Source: Antechinus flavipes
Lineage: Eukaryota
NCBI RefSeq assembly: GCF_016432865.1
Contig: NC_067399.1
Span: forward strand, 225,928,001 to 225,992,000
Reading direction: 5' to 3'
Length of the DNA: 64,000 bases
A program made the translations under genes and the position numbers. The notes beneath the pieces are model-generated. The model saw only the letters and a list, made by a program, of their open reading frames with translations. It did not search any database and had not been told where the DNA came from. Each line of letters starts with the position of its first letter. Positions within the stretch are counted from its first letter, which is position 1. This document shows positions 12,925 to 24,900 of the stretch, in pieces.

Positions 12925-13065
12925 AAACTTGTAGATGATAGATCTGGAGCTGGAAGTAATCTGAAAGACTATCTAGTTCAGCTTCCTCATTTAACAGGTG
13001 AAGTGACTGAGGCTTAAATTAAGTAGGAAACTTGCCCAAGATCACACAGCTAAGTAAGCATTAGA
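12925..13065 (-). mobile_element. MIR SINE
   Basis: gatagatctggagctggaag...cctcatttaacaggtgaagtgactgaggct...cttgcccaagatcacacagc. Confidence 0.7.
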
Positions 13066-13194
13066 GACCGGGTTACATTTGTATATAGGACGAGAGTTGG
13101 TTTCCATAAATCCTCCATGCACCTGAGTGCACGAGGCTTTCTTTTGGTTCTTCCAGTATTTCAAGGTCTCAGGTTCTGGCCATACATATATGTA

Positions 13195-13330
13195 TATTTT
13201 TCCGCCTTGACGCAAATGCTTTGCCCAGGTTCACACAGCGAGGAAGTATTGTGTCTGAAATTACATTTGAACTCAGGTCCTTTTGACTTCAGGGCTGGTG
13301 TTCTATCCACTGCACAGCCTAGTTGGCCCC
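13195..13330 (-). mobile_element. WSINE1-like SINE
   Basis: ttgcccaggttcacacagcgaggaagtattgtgtctga...atttgaactcaggtcc...ccactgcacagcctagttggcccc. Confidence 0.75.
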
Positions 13331-13689
13331 TGGCTATCTATACATATTTTGATGTCTTTCCTGTCACTTCTTTCAATTGCATTTGATGGTGAAAGACAAG
13401 TTATTCCATTTCGTCATCAATAAAGGTGCTGGCAAGGTAACTGCTAAGATTCCTCCTACGTTTGAAATTTTGATTTTGTATCAATGAATAGACCAGTGTG
13501 ACTGGGGAATAAAGTTTATATGGAAGAATATGTAGAAAAGTCACTTGGGACCTCTACACAGAGGTGAATGCCTAACTGAAAAGCTTGGGATGTTCCACGG
13601 AGGGCAGAGGCCACTCACCATTTTCATGAGGAGCTTGTTTGGATTTGCCTTTTTTTTTTTTGAGCAGCAGACTTTATAGCAAAGTTTAC

Positions 13690-13940
13690 TAGTAGTATGT
13701 AATGGATATACTGAAGGTATCTGAGCAGAGAGTGAACTATTTTCGGGATGATGTCACAGGTGTGTACAATAGAGCTGGAGGGCAGAGGCTACTGTTAAGA
13801 TTTCCTTTAGAGGAGACAATCAGAAATGTCCAAGTGTGAGATGGTGAAGGCTCAAGCTAAGGTAGTGGTAGGAAGGCAATGAGGGAAAAGGAGTAAAATA
13901 ATGGATTTTGAGCTTTGGTAACTAGTAGGAAAATAAACAG
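13690..13940 (-). mobile_element. L2 LINE relic
   Basis: Purine-rich L2-type reverse sequence gagcagagagtgaac...gtccaagtgtgagatggtgaagggctc. Confidence 0.5.
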
Positions 13941-16381
13941 TTTAGTGTAAAGTTTTCATTGCAGTAGCCTCTGGCTTAAAAGAATCAGTTTCAAAGTTTC
14001 TCAGACTGTTAGTTATGAGTTTAACTGTTATCCCAGAAACCTAACCTGTGGCTAGAGAGTTAGGGTTTAAGCCACTATCTTTCTCCACCCCAATCCTTCA
14101 GGGATTCAAGTTTATCCCTGCTATATTGACTGTAGAGGAAGAGCTAGGAATCTAGATTGAGCTTATAGGGAGTCAAATAATGTTAACTATCTAGGCATTA
14201 GAAAAATGGAAGTTCAAAAGGCGGTGTGCAGAGAACCCCCCAATGGGAATTTGGGGAGCATTTGTACCTAAGCATCAGGCAAGTCTGCTGCATTTGAAAG
14301 AATTTAAACATATCAGAACTAGAACATTAGTCACGTATTCAGTTTACAAATGGAGAAAAATAATTTAGTGAAAATTCTGGCCTGACTCACCAGCTCAAAG
14401 TTCTTCCTATTATACTATACTGTCTGTTCACTTTTACTATTAGTCGCTTAGTCCCAATGAACTGATAGAGAATCATGCTGAGCTAGTCTGTGAACACCAG
14501 TGAAAGCTAGCATTCTTCCATTCCAGAACATAAGCTCTTCTCTAAAACTTCTGCCAACTAGAACTTTTAGAAGGCTAGAGAAGAGCAACCAGATATTAGA
14601 TATTATAGAGAGACAATAGATAGACTCAGGTCTCTTTTATCTATATGGATACTAGGTACCTCTTCAGTTGAAATAAAAAGGACTTAAACCTAAAACCTTG
14701 GGGCTGTGTAACTATGGGGATGGGGAAGAAATACCCAAAGGAAATAGTGGATAAACACAATAGAAACCTGGTTTAAGTATTAACTGCCTGGGGCATTAAA
14801 AAAAAAAATTAGACACCATATTTCCATTAGTTTCACACCCAATTTTACTTGTGTTCTCTTAAATGTTATATTCTCCTACTACTAAACTGGCACTGTTTTA
14901 TAGATGCAAAAATAAGTTGCTTTCAGATAGCTTAGCCAAAGAAGTCTAAGCAAACCAAGATCTCAGATTTACTCCGTTCTACATTCCCATTGCCAATAGT
15001 CAGGTTCCCTATCAACTGATACAGATTACAGCAGTTTCCCAGTTTGGGTCCCTCTCATCTATGCGATTCCATACATAATCCCTAACATTTATGTAACTTC
15101 CTTAAGTGTTTTGCCATTTCAACCTCTCAAAAGCTATATTCTTTTTTATAGAGAAAACCAGGACACAGGTGAAGTTGACTTGTCCAGAATCCTCTCAGTG
15201 GAAAGAGTGGGTGATTTGATCCGATATATTGCCAACTCAAAAGTTCAACACCTGATTCATTGCTCTATCTCATACATAACTGACTGGATATTATTTCTAG
15301 AAGACTCCAATTCCTTTACTTTACTGGCCTCCTATTGCCCAGGATTTAAAGTGGATTTCAAAACTCCCTATAAAGAACAATTCACTTAGTTTTCTGGTCA
15401 TATGGACTCTCATCTTTTTTGGGCAAGATGGAAAAAAGTGCACTATGTGAAATGGGGAAAATGTGATTGGAAGATGATGTCATTCTAGAGAACCTCTAGT
15501 GCCATGTCCCAAAAACTTGTGCCCTGAGTTTAACACATAACTGATGACTTGAGAAAGGGCACAGATGACATACTAATAACAAAATTGCAATATGACCAAA
15601 AGTTGGAAGGGACAGTCCAAGTCCAACATGGTAAAGTCAAGGAGCCAAAATATACCATCAAATCTAATAAGAGAAATGTTATCAATTTTTATTTTAAAAA
15701 TAAAAATACCAATCAAAGGCATAGGAGACACTTTTCCTTATGAATCTCTATCCTGGTCAGAGTACAACTAGAGTATAATGCTTATTTTGGGATACATTTT
15801 AATGGAATGAACAAAGAATGATCAATGACTTGGACAATTTATAACCTGGAGCAGTGAAGGCCCTTTAGACAGCCAATCCAGCTTCCTTGTTTTTACAGAT
15901 AAGGAAATAAGCATGGAAACTTTTTTTTTGGACTGGAACCAAAAATCACAAAGGAAAGGAATAGTTTTGGTTTCAACTCTAAACCTGGTGTCTCCCTCTA
16001 CCCTTTCCTCCTCCCACTATTAACACAAAGCCTCACTAAAAAGGTTTTCTGAAGGACTTTTAGATTGCCAAAGATAGTTCAGACAAGTTCCCTGACATTC
16101 TTTCTGCGATTCTTGAGTTTTACACAAGAATGGACACATCATTCAAGAGCTTATATGTTTCTAGTTCTAATTGTCTTTGTAAGAACCCTCAGAAAATAAC
16201 TGTATCTTTTACATTCAACTTGTTTCAATTAAAATAGTCTGTTAGTTTTGAACTAAAGGCTTTCCACTTCTTAAGGGAATGAATACCATGTTCTCTGTAA
16301 ATAAATGAAGGCCAAACCAGAATTCAAAATCAAGTTTTTGTTTTTATATGAACAGAAGTAGACCATCTAGAAATATTTCAG

Positions 16382-16387
16382 TTTATT
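16382..16387 (-). terminator. Distal polyadenylation signal AATAAA
   Basis: + strand tttatt near the end of the repeat-free UTR block. Confidence 0.6.
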
Positions 16388-18335
16388 TAAATTGTTAAGT
16401 AGAATATGAAACCGAATCTGTAGCTAGTGCTGTACCAGAGGATGGACAAATGGGTCGGTGTTTGATGAAAACAGCATCTACACAAGAGCCCAATAGACTT
16501 ACAGAAAAGGGGCCAAGCCCTAATATTAAGCAAATAAAAGCTTATGTTTTAAACAAAGATTATACAAAAATTGATTTATACTCCATTTTCCCTTTTTTGA
16601 TATTTAGAAAGTGCAGATTTAACAAAAGGTAGCCACATCCTGCCTATTTACAATGCCGATTATAATTATTATGCAAACAATGAAACTGTCAGTCTATCAC
16701 CCAAAATCCCAGTGTTTTATTTCTCACCTTAAGTCACCCAATTAAGTAGGTTTAACCAAGTGAAGATGGCCAAAAAAAAAAAAAAAAAAGCAACCTCCCT
16801 ACCCCCATACCCCACAAAATCAAAAACCATAAAACAACTTTACATTCCAGAGAAAAGGGAAACAAAAGATTCAAATGAAAATATTATGTTTTTACAGCAA
16901 TTCAAATCTAAAGCATGGAGAAGACTTTATACTGCCCTTTCAATATTAAAAAAAAAAAACTTTAAATAAACAATATTTGGCAAGGCTGCTTTTAAAAGTG
17001 GGAAGTATGAATAAACTGAGAGGAAAAAAACCCACAGACACCCACCTATAAGGCTCAGAAAGGTACATTTTAGGGTGCTACTTGAAAAATCCATGGATTT
17101 TCATGGCAGAAATCCTCCCTTGTTTGCATGAGCCAAGAGGGCATTAACATGCTGTTCACGAAAAGGCAAGATTCATTTCAATGGGAGCTGCTGTCCTAAA
17201 CTCAGCCTCTGCTAGAAATGAATCATGCTATTCAATAATTTCAACAAAGGTATCATCTTAGGATGCCAACAGCAGAGGGAACTTAACTTGTGCTATTCTA
17301 ATAAGCAAAGCAGCAAAACAACTGGAAACATAAGAAAAAATAGGAACAGGGCTAAAGATGGCTAGTGACCTTATATTTACATGAAGTACTTTTTGCTGTC
17401 AATTTTCCAATCCCTATTAATTCAAATTTCCAAAAGGTTTTTACAATTAACTAATTACAGATGAGTTTCTGAATCTTAAGGTAAACAATCTTAACACTGG
17501 AAAAAATGTTTTGGGAAGGCCAAAGCTTAATACAACTGGCAATTTGTGATGTTCAATTTGATCCTTGCCCTGTTTAAAAAAAAAAAAAAAAAAAAAAAGC
17601 TCGCAAACCTTTTTCTGGGCTACCAACCTGCTAGAGGAGTTGCCAAAATGGAGACCGTGTAAATTTAGGCTAACTGATACATTGGGGAACTGAATACTCT
17701 ATACACATAATTAGAAAGACAAACCACATCACCCTCCATTGAAAACACTAGTGCATGCAAATAACTCTTCCGTTCTCAACGGATACATAGGAGAACAAGG
17801 AGAGGAAGAGGTTAGGGAAAAGAAGGTAGGGGAAGGAAAGGATGTAAGGAGAGTTGGGAGAGAGTAGATAAGGGAAAGACACCAGTGAACTGACATTTGC
17901 TAGTGGGAAGTAGTTAGTAGGTATATTTGAGAGTTTACCTTGCAAGTTAAATCAGTGCTTTGTGTTAAACTTAGCAAACATTGGTTTGCCCCCCTCTCCT
18001 TTTTTTTAATTAAAAAAAAAATTTATACCATAAAGAAAAAAAAAGCAAATAAAGCACTATATGCAGGCAATGAGGTGGGGTAAGTGGCCAAGGAGAAGTT
18101 AAGATCTCAGGAGCAGATTTGGATTGCAAGGCCACTTTATAAGGAGACTCAGCAAATGAAAGTTACCGTTTCTGCATTATCTGTTGTCCTCAATTCACTA
18201 CATTGACAATCACAGCCAAGCAAACCACAAAAATTTCATATTTAAAAATGGTTACATTTGGATATGTCTCCTGCACATGCGTCCACCAAAACAAAAGAAA
18301 AAAAGAAACAAAAAACAAAAAAGTTTCTTTCCACA

Positions 18336-18343
18336 TAAGGCAC
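18336..18343 (-). promoter_or_regulatory. miR-124 8mer seed match (GUGCCUUA) in the 3'UTR
   Basis: + strand taaggcac. 7mer-m8 matches are also present for miR-30 (17481-17487), miR-15/16 (17309-17315), the miR-17/20 family (16608-16614) and miR-378 (18574-18580). Confidence 0.5.
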
Positions 18344-18507
18344 AGGACAAAATTAACCCCATTTAAACGTTCAAGGCGGAAATGAGAATGTTTTCCTGTT
18401 TTTTTTTCTTCTTTTGCTAATGCATCTCTACAGATTATAGGGACTCAAGCACATTATCCATAACAGAAATTCCACTGTTGTACAAAATAAAATTGTTAAT
18501 TCTAACT

Positions 18508-18513
18508 TTTATT
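18508..18513 (-). terminator. Candidate proximal polyadenylation signal AATAAA
   Basis: mRNA context gtataagAATAAAagttagaattaacaattttattttgtac, with U-rich downstream sequence. Confidence 0.45.
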
Positions 18514-18842
18514 CTTATACAATTTGCAGAATAGAATCGAAATGATTGCTATAGGTTTTAATGTTGATAAGAACTGGACTATAATACAACCAAAACATAG
18601 TGGTGAGCTGAGCAAGTACATTTAAAAATGAAGTCACGGACATGATTCTTCTATACACTTTTGTTTGGAGAAAATTATATAGTCAGCAAGCAGTCATAAG
18701 ATGGAAGAATAAAGAGAGGGCAGATAGTTGTTAAGATGTGGAAAAAAATGTTTGTTTAGGTTAAAAACGGACAGAGTGGTTTATTTTGCAGCAAGAAGAG
18801 AAAAACGGTTGGTGGATGGCAATTGATGAAACAGGAGAATGC

Positions 18843-18926
18843 TCAGCAACATTTGCTCTTCCAGCCTGTTACTCCTCCTCCACTGCTGATATCTACATTT
18901 TCACTGTTGGGCTCTTTTACAGGGGT
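18843..18926 (-). CDS. RAB10: RAB10 terminal coding exon 6 (84 nt including TGA)
   Basis: Acceptor tatgtttattccag|ACCCCT; encodes [27 protein letters not shown]. Confidence 0.98.
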   Translation of the reverse strand, partial: TPVKEPNSENVDISSGGGVTGWKSKCC

Positions 18927-21900
18927 CTGGAATAAACATACACAAAAATTAGCTGATGACAAAAATGCCAACAAAAATAAAATTAATGTCAACAGAAATA
19001 TTTCTGAAAATGTAAAGTTTTTCATTAAGATGATACCACAGTTCAAATAGGTATATATAATAACTGCAAACTGTTATTTTGTTGTTTATTGTTGAATATT
19101 GTTACTTTTTGTAAACTTTTGTTATGGAAATACCTGATCAATATTTTTACTTTCCTACATATGACCATATAGTTTGTGCTATATAAAATCCTTAAGAGAC
19201 AGAAGTCACATCATTCAATTACTCAATACTCCTGGACAACCTCGAAATAGGCTAAATAGGTTACATCGAAAAAAGTTATAAATCAATTGTTCCCATGGGA
19301 ATATGCATATAGTGTGTCTCCCTGGTGGAAAGATCTTAAAAGTGTAAAGTAGCTACAATTAGTTTTTACTTCCTCCTTGAAATAATCTGCCTGATGTCAT
19401 CTCTTCACCCATAATGGTATATGAAATATCTTCTTCCTATCACCAAGGAGAAACTATCTCTGAAGACAAACAAATAAAAGCCCAGATGTTCTATATAAGT
19501 GTATTTTAAAATCGGAAATTCTTAATTCTCAGAGCTTGCCTTTTTACTTGCTCTATTACAGAGCTCCTAAGAACTTGTTTCCTAAAAGAAAAATTGTATC
19601 TTGACTAGAAGCAAGTTTTAAAATGAATCATGACAAAGGTATTTAACTAGACATTTACCCTAGTTTCACTGCAACCCATTTTATAGCCCCACTTCTCTAA
19701 GATCCCACGATAAAGCAGCCAGAACTGTCAAATGCCTTTCAGCAGCCAGGCAATAATGCTATTGCTGAGAATTAAGAAGCTGCTGCTCCAAAGGGAGTGG
19801 GGGCCAATGCTATAGAATATTCTCAAACATATTTTGGATTATTATTATGAACCATTATCAACAATTTTCATTAAATAACCAACAAAAGACTCTGTCCCTG
19901 AAAGTTTACATTCTTCTAAGGAGAGGATCTATAATCAGCACACAGATACATACATGTACATACACAAGAAATCTGAGGAAGTTAAAGAGATGTAAAATGG
20001 AGAGGAAGGCAGGACTTTCGGAAGACTGTAAGTACCAAGGCTTTAGAGATTCAGAAAAGTCGGGTGAGTGGGGAGAGCATTCAAAGCATGGGAAACAGCT
20101 TATGCAAAGGTGTGGAATATCAAGTTCTGGGAACATAATGTTTCAAAGGGATGATCTTTTTAATAAGCTTAGAGGGCTGAGGTCAAACTGTGAAGGGCTT
20201 TAAACATCAATATGAGATGTCTGTATTTCATTTTAAAGGAGAGGGGCATCTGTTGTAGCTTACTGAGCAAGGCAGGGACACCTCAAGAAGACTAACACAA
20301 GCAAGCAGTGTGGAGCATAGACAGTGGTACCTAGAGAAGCCACTCTTCTCCCACCTCCGATGAGAGGTCAGCTCCTTCCTGTCCTCCTCTAAATGGAAAT
20401 ACAGCTGACGTAACAAGAGTCGTCTTTGTACGGAACTAAATCTTTTATTTTATACTGGGATCAGTCTCAAAACAATAAAAATAAACTTCAGAATAGTTTA
20501 TTAAATATATTTTGAACAACAAAACACTTTTAAAAGGGCTAAACATTCAAATGAGTTATTTCAGATATTGTTCATATTAAGTTAAAAAAATACCCAAAAC
20601 TTACCTTTCGAAGTATGTCTTCTGCTAATGTGAGGAATGCCTTCTCAATGTTTATATTTGCTTTTGCACTAGTCTCAAAAAACCTAATACCATGCTCCTT
20701 TGCAATCTAAGATAGAAAAAAGCAAAATAACCATTTTAGAAAGCATAATCTAGCCTAAACTCTCCATTGAAAGGTCTAAAATGAATAATTTTCTTCTTTT
20801 TTTTCTGAGGCAATTGGGGTTAAATGACTTGCCCAGGGTCACACAGCTAGGAAGTGTTAAGTGTCTGAGGCCACATTTGAACTCAGGTCCTCCTGACTTC
20901 TGGGATGGTGCTAAAATGAACAATTTTATAAAGGTGATACTATTTAGGGTTGCCCCCGGGGAAATTTCTCTTTTGGGATAACATTATAAAAAGACCAAGG
21001 AAAGAATGACACAATTATATTTCAGCTCTACTGAGAGGTGAACTTAAGATAGGACCAGAGCAACAAACTTCCTTTCTTTTTTTTGGTTTTAATGTTATAT
21101 GCTTCTAGTGTTCCTAATCATGATCAGCTAGACTATGTGGAGAAAAAGTATATGTTAAGCTATTTGTTTATACAAATGTCTGATACATAAGGGCTTAATA
21201 AATGTTTGATGAATGATTATATTAGTTTTTTTTAGCAAATTACTAAATATTTCTGACCCTTTTACATTCTATAAATCTCAAAATTAACTCATATTTGGAA
21301 TCAGATACAATACAGATCCAAACTGTAATACACTCTTTAATGCAGAATAAAGAAATTTTATATTGGGTGAAGAAATGCTATTTTGAAGTGGTGTGCATTT
21401 TTTCTACTTTCTAATTTATGTTACAAACTAGGACCAGTTTGATCACCTTATGCATTAGTTAGCTTTGCATTAATAATTGCTTCCCCATGGCTCAAATCAA
21501 AAGAATTTAATGGGATAAGGGGTTTTAAACATATCTTTGATCACAAAGACATAATAATATGTAAATGTGAATGAGCTGGCATCATTTATTACCACTTACT
21601 ATAATAACAAGTGAAAGCATATTTTCTAACACTGTGCCAGTAACATCTCCATGTAATATCATATTCCTTAAAGTTTGGAAGATATATTGGGAAAACAGAA
21701 GAATCCAGAGTCAAGGTAAATACTTAGGTCAAGTACAGGCAACCATGACTAACTAAGCAGTGATCAGTTGAGTCTTTGATCTAAGTGACTGATGATGGCA
21801 TATTTGTATTTTTCTAAATCCAATCCTGCGTCAACAGCTGTTTTCCATATTTTCTTGTGCATACCTTGTTCTTAGTATTCTGAAATTAGCATCTGTTACT

Positions 21901-24900
21901 CTATCTTGAAATATATTCTGTATCAGTGGTTCTCAAAGTATGGTCTAGAGAATCCTGGGGATATCTGAAACCCTTTTAGAGGGTCTACAAATTCAAAAAT
22001 AGTTTTTATTTCCAAAATGGTAAATGCCTATAAATATAATCCAGATAAACAAAAACTCTTTGGAAAGATACTCAATAATTTTTAATAGGATAAAGATACT
22101 GAAAACAAAAGTTTGAGAACCACTGTATATAGAGACTGAGGTCTACTTGGAGACTGACCAATTGCCAACTCTAAGAAATCTGATCTAATTGATGTTGGTC
22201 CTTCATGATACTCAAAAAAAAAAAAAAAAAAAAATGGTGGCGGACAACAAAAGAAAGCAAAGTATCTTTGTCCTGTCCTTTGACTAGACAAGAGCTACAC
22301 TCTCAGTTGATTGGACAAATATGCTTCATTTAACTATGTGAATGATATGAAGACTTTCTCATGACGATCTGCATTAAATAAGTCTACCTTTGTAGTACAT
22401 GCTAAAATCATTTTCCCAAAAGCCTAAAAGAAAAATGAAATAATATTAATTTCAATCATTTATTACCTGTTCTCCTTTTGCTTTAGATACAACTCTTTTA
22501 TCTTCCATGTCACACTTGTTTCCTAGCAGCATCCTTTCCACATCTTCATTGGCATGCTACAAAAGAACAAAGTTTTACTTTTCTAAAATATATTTTTCTT
22601 TGTTTTGACACAAGCATTAATCTTATTCAAAATAATTATAAGTTTCAATTTAATGCATATCTTAGTATGCTATTATTTTATTTACATAGCCATTTACCTC
22701 ATTTGAGTGTCACAACAAATCTGAAATGGGTGTACAAATATTATCATGTTTACTTGACTAACAAAGAAGTGGGGAAAAAAAAGTATATTTGGTGTCTGAA
22801 AACTTAAGTGTTTTAAGTCTCCATTTCTCTACATGAAGAAAATATTTGTATTACCTATGTCACAAGGTTGATGATAAAGTGAAAATATATGTGCAAGTAC
22901 TTTGTAAAACTTTAAAATATCATACAAAAGCTAAATTTGGAGTCAAAAGACAGTTCAAGTTCTCACTGTCATTTACTATCTGGATCTCCTCAGCCAAGTC
23001 CCTTAAGCTCCTGGGATCTCAGTTTCCACATATGCAAAATCAGGGAGATGGATTAGATGATCTTTAATTCGTAAAGTTATTACTCACCCCTTCTTTCAGC
23101 TCTAAATCTATATTATACATGTGAACCTCTATGGCTTTTTAGATAATTACTACTAAAATATGCTACAGTGCAGACAGAAACTAAAACTCAATTCAGCTGC
23201 CATCTTGAAGACTGTCTAATTGCAGAAATCTAAGGTCCAAAACGATTTAAGTGACTTAACTTGCTTATCAACAGAGATAGAAAGTTAGCCAAGTTTGGAC
23301 TCAAATCTAGTATTCTGGACAGAACTCTATACGGCCAGCAGCAAATTTAGGGAAAATTAATTTTTTTATTCTACATGTAGCTCAAAAAAAAAAGAGCATT
23401 TCTATATATAAGTAAAACACAAAAAGGAGATTGTATATAAAAGTGCAAATCTCCTTTATACATAGTTTGCTTTCTTTTTGTGTTTTATATTTACAAAGTG
23501 CTTTTCTTACAATAATTTTCCACATGGTAGATAATGCAAATATCATTCTTATTTTAAAGACAAGGAATATGATGCTCAAAGTTTGACATATCCACAGTTA
23601 CCTAAGTAAAAATCAGCATTTATAACCAAAGTTTGTGTTACAAAATTTTTTGCTTTTATAACTCAATTTTGCCTATTCTTAGAAGATTTAGAATTTAAAT
23701 GCTCCATAGACTCCTTAGAATCAGTATAGCTTCAAATAACCTTTCCTTGGAAATATTTTCAAATCATTAAATAGAAAAAAGGAAACAAGATAGATGAGTC
23801 CAAAGTGAAGGCTACAAAGAAAATTTTCCCAATTTTGTCAGAGATGTATTCTATCATAACAAAACACTGGTATAACAAACAAGATGTGAAAAGAACAAAG
23901 ATGGCAGAAGTGGTGCTGTCTAGTCATAGGTAAGTACAAGTATCCTTTACTTAATAAAATTATAATGTTGAGGGATTAAATAAATAAGCCACATTTATAT
24001 GAAAGAAAAATGCCTTCCCTCTTCTTATATCCCAAATTCTTATCAATCTCAATTCTACTTAAGATCACTGAACGTCAATCTATTCCTAATATGCTACATC
24101 TAACCTTGAGGTAAATAAATATTATGGATGTGACACCATGGGGAACAAGTCAGTAAAATATTGATAGGTGGGGAATATTGACATGTTACTTAACAATCAT
24201 AGTCCTTAAGACAGAGATGAGCCTTTACTGTCAAATAAAGATAGCTACTTCAATCCTTAATTCAATGTATTATCTTCTTTTTATAAGGTACCACTGTAAA
24301 GTGTACAGGTTAATTAACATAGACTGTTGTGTGTAGCTGAAGATATTTAAATGAAACAAGGCAAATTGAAGTGGTGAGAAAGGTGCAAAAAAAAGTAAAA
24401 AGAATTACATCAAATAAGTTCTAAGTGTTAAGGCAGTCTTTGGTTGGCAGGAGGGAAAATAAGTAGTTAAAATGCTAACGTCTCATTTTAAGGGAAAAAT
24501 TAAGCAAGACAAATGAAACAGGTAATTGTACTCCCAGAATTGGAAGTACTATATATTTCATTCAATTTTGCTTTGTAAAAGTGATAACTCAGCATTATTC
24601 AAATTTTATCAGAAAGCTGCAGCCATTACTCAATTTTCTTTATAGTAGTACAACTTAGTATCATAAGTCATGCATGATGCTTTCACAAGATACTCAGCTA
24701 GATAAAATACATTGTGACATCGCAGAAATAAATTATGATTCTTATTTAAATGCCACACCAAGACAGAAGGGCTTTGTAATGTATCTATTGAATAACACAG
24801 AGCTTCCTTTTATCTCACTGATGAAGCCATTCTCCAAATGGCCACTATAGTATAGTTATTCAGCCTCTGAGTATGTACTAACCTGTTCTTGGGGCATGAA

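Larger units (their letters stand above)
16350..18842 (-). other. RAB10: RAB10 3'UTR (~2.5 kb)
   Basis: Repeat-free sequence contiguous with the stop codon. The proximal part resembles the human RAB10 3'UTR as I recall it. The end is inferred from AATAAA at 16382-16387. Confidence 0.8.

Noticed and set aside
14465-14512. Hairpin atgct-agct...agct-agcat as a snoRNA or miRNA
   Set aside because: Short bulged stem, no C/D or H/ACA boxes, and outside any host intron.
18927-19046. N-terminal extension of ORF 18843-19046, and likewise MFIPR in ORF 30171-30359
   Set aside because: Intronic read-through upstream of clear splice acceptors; not real start codons.
22228-22245. YY1-like aaaatggtggcgg after an A-run
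   Set aside because: Imperfect match with no supporting promoter context.
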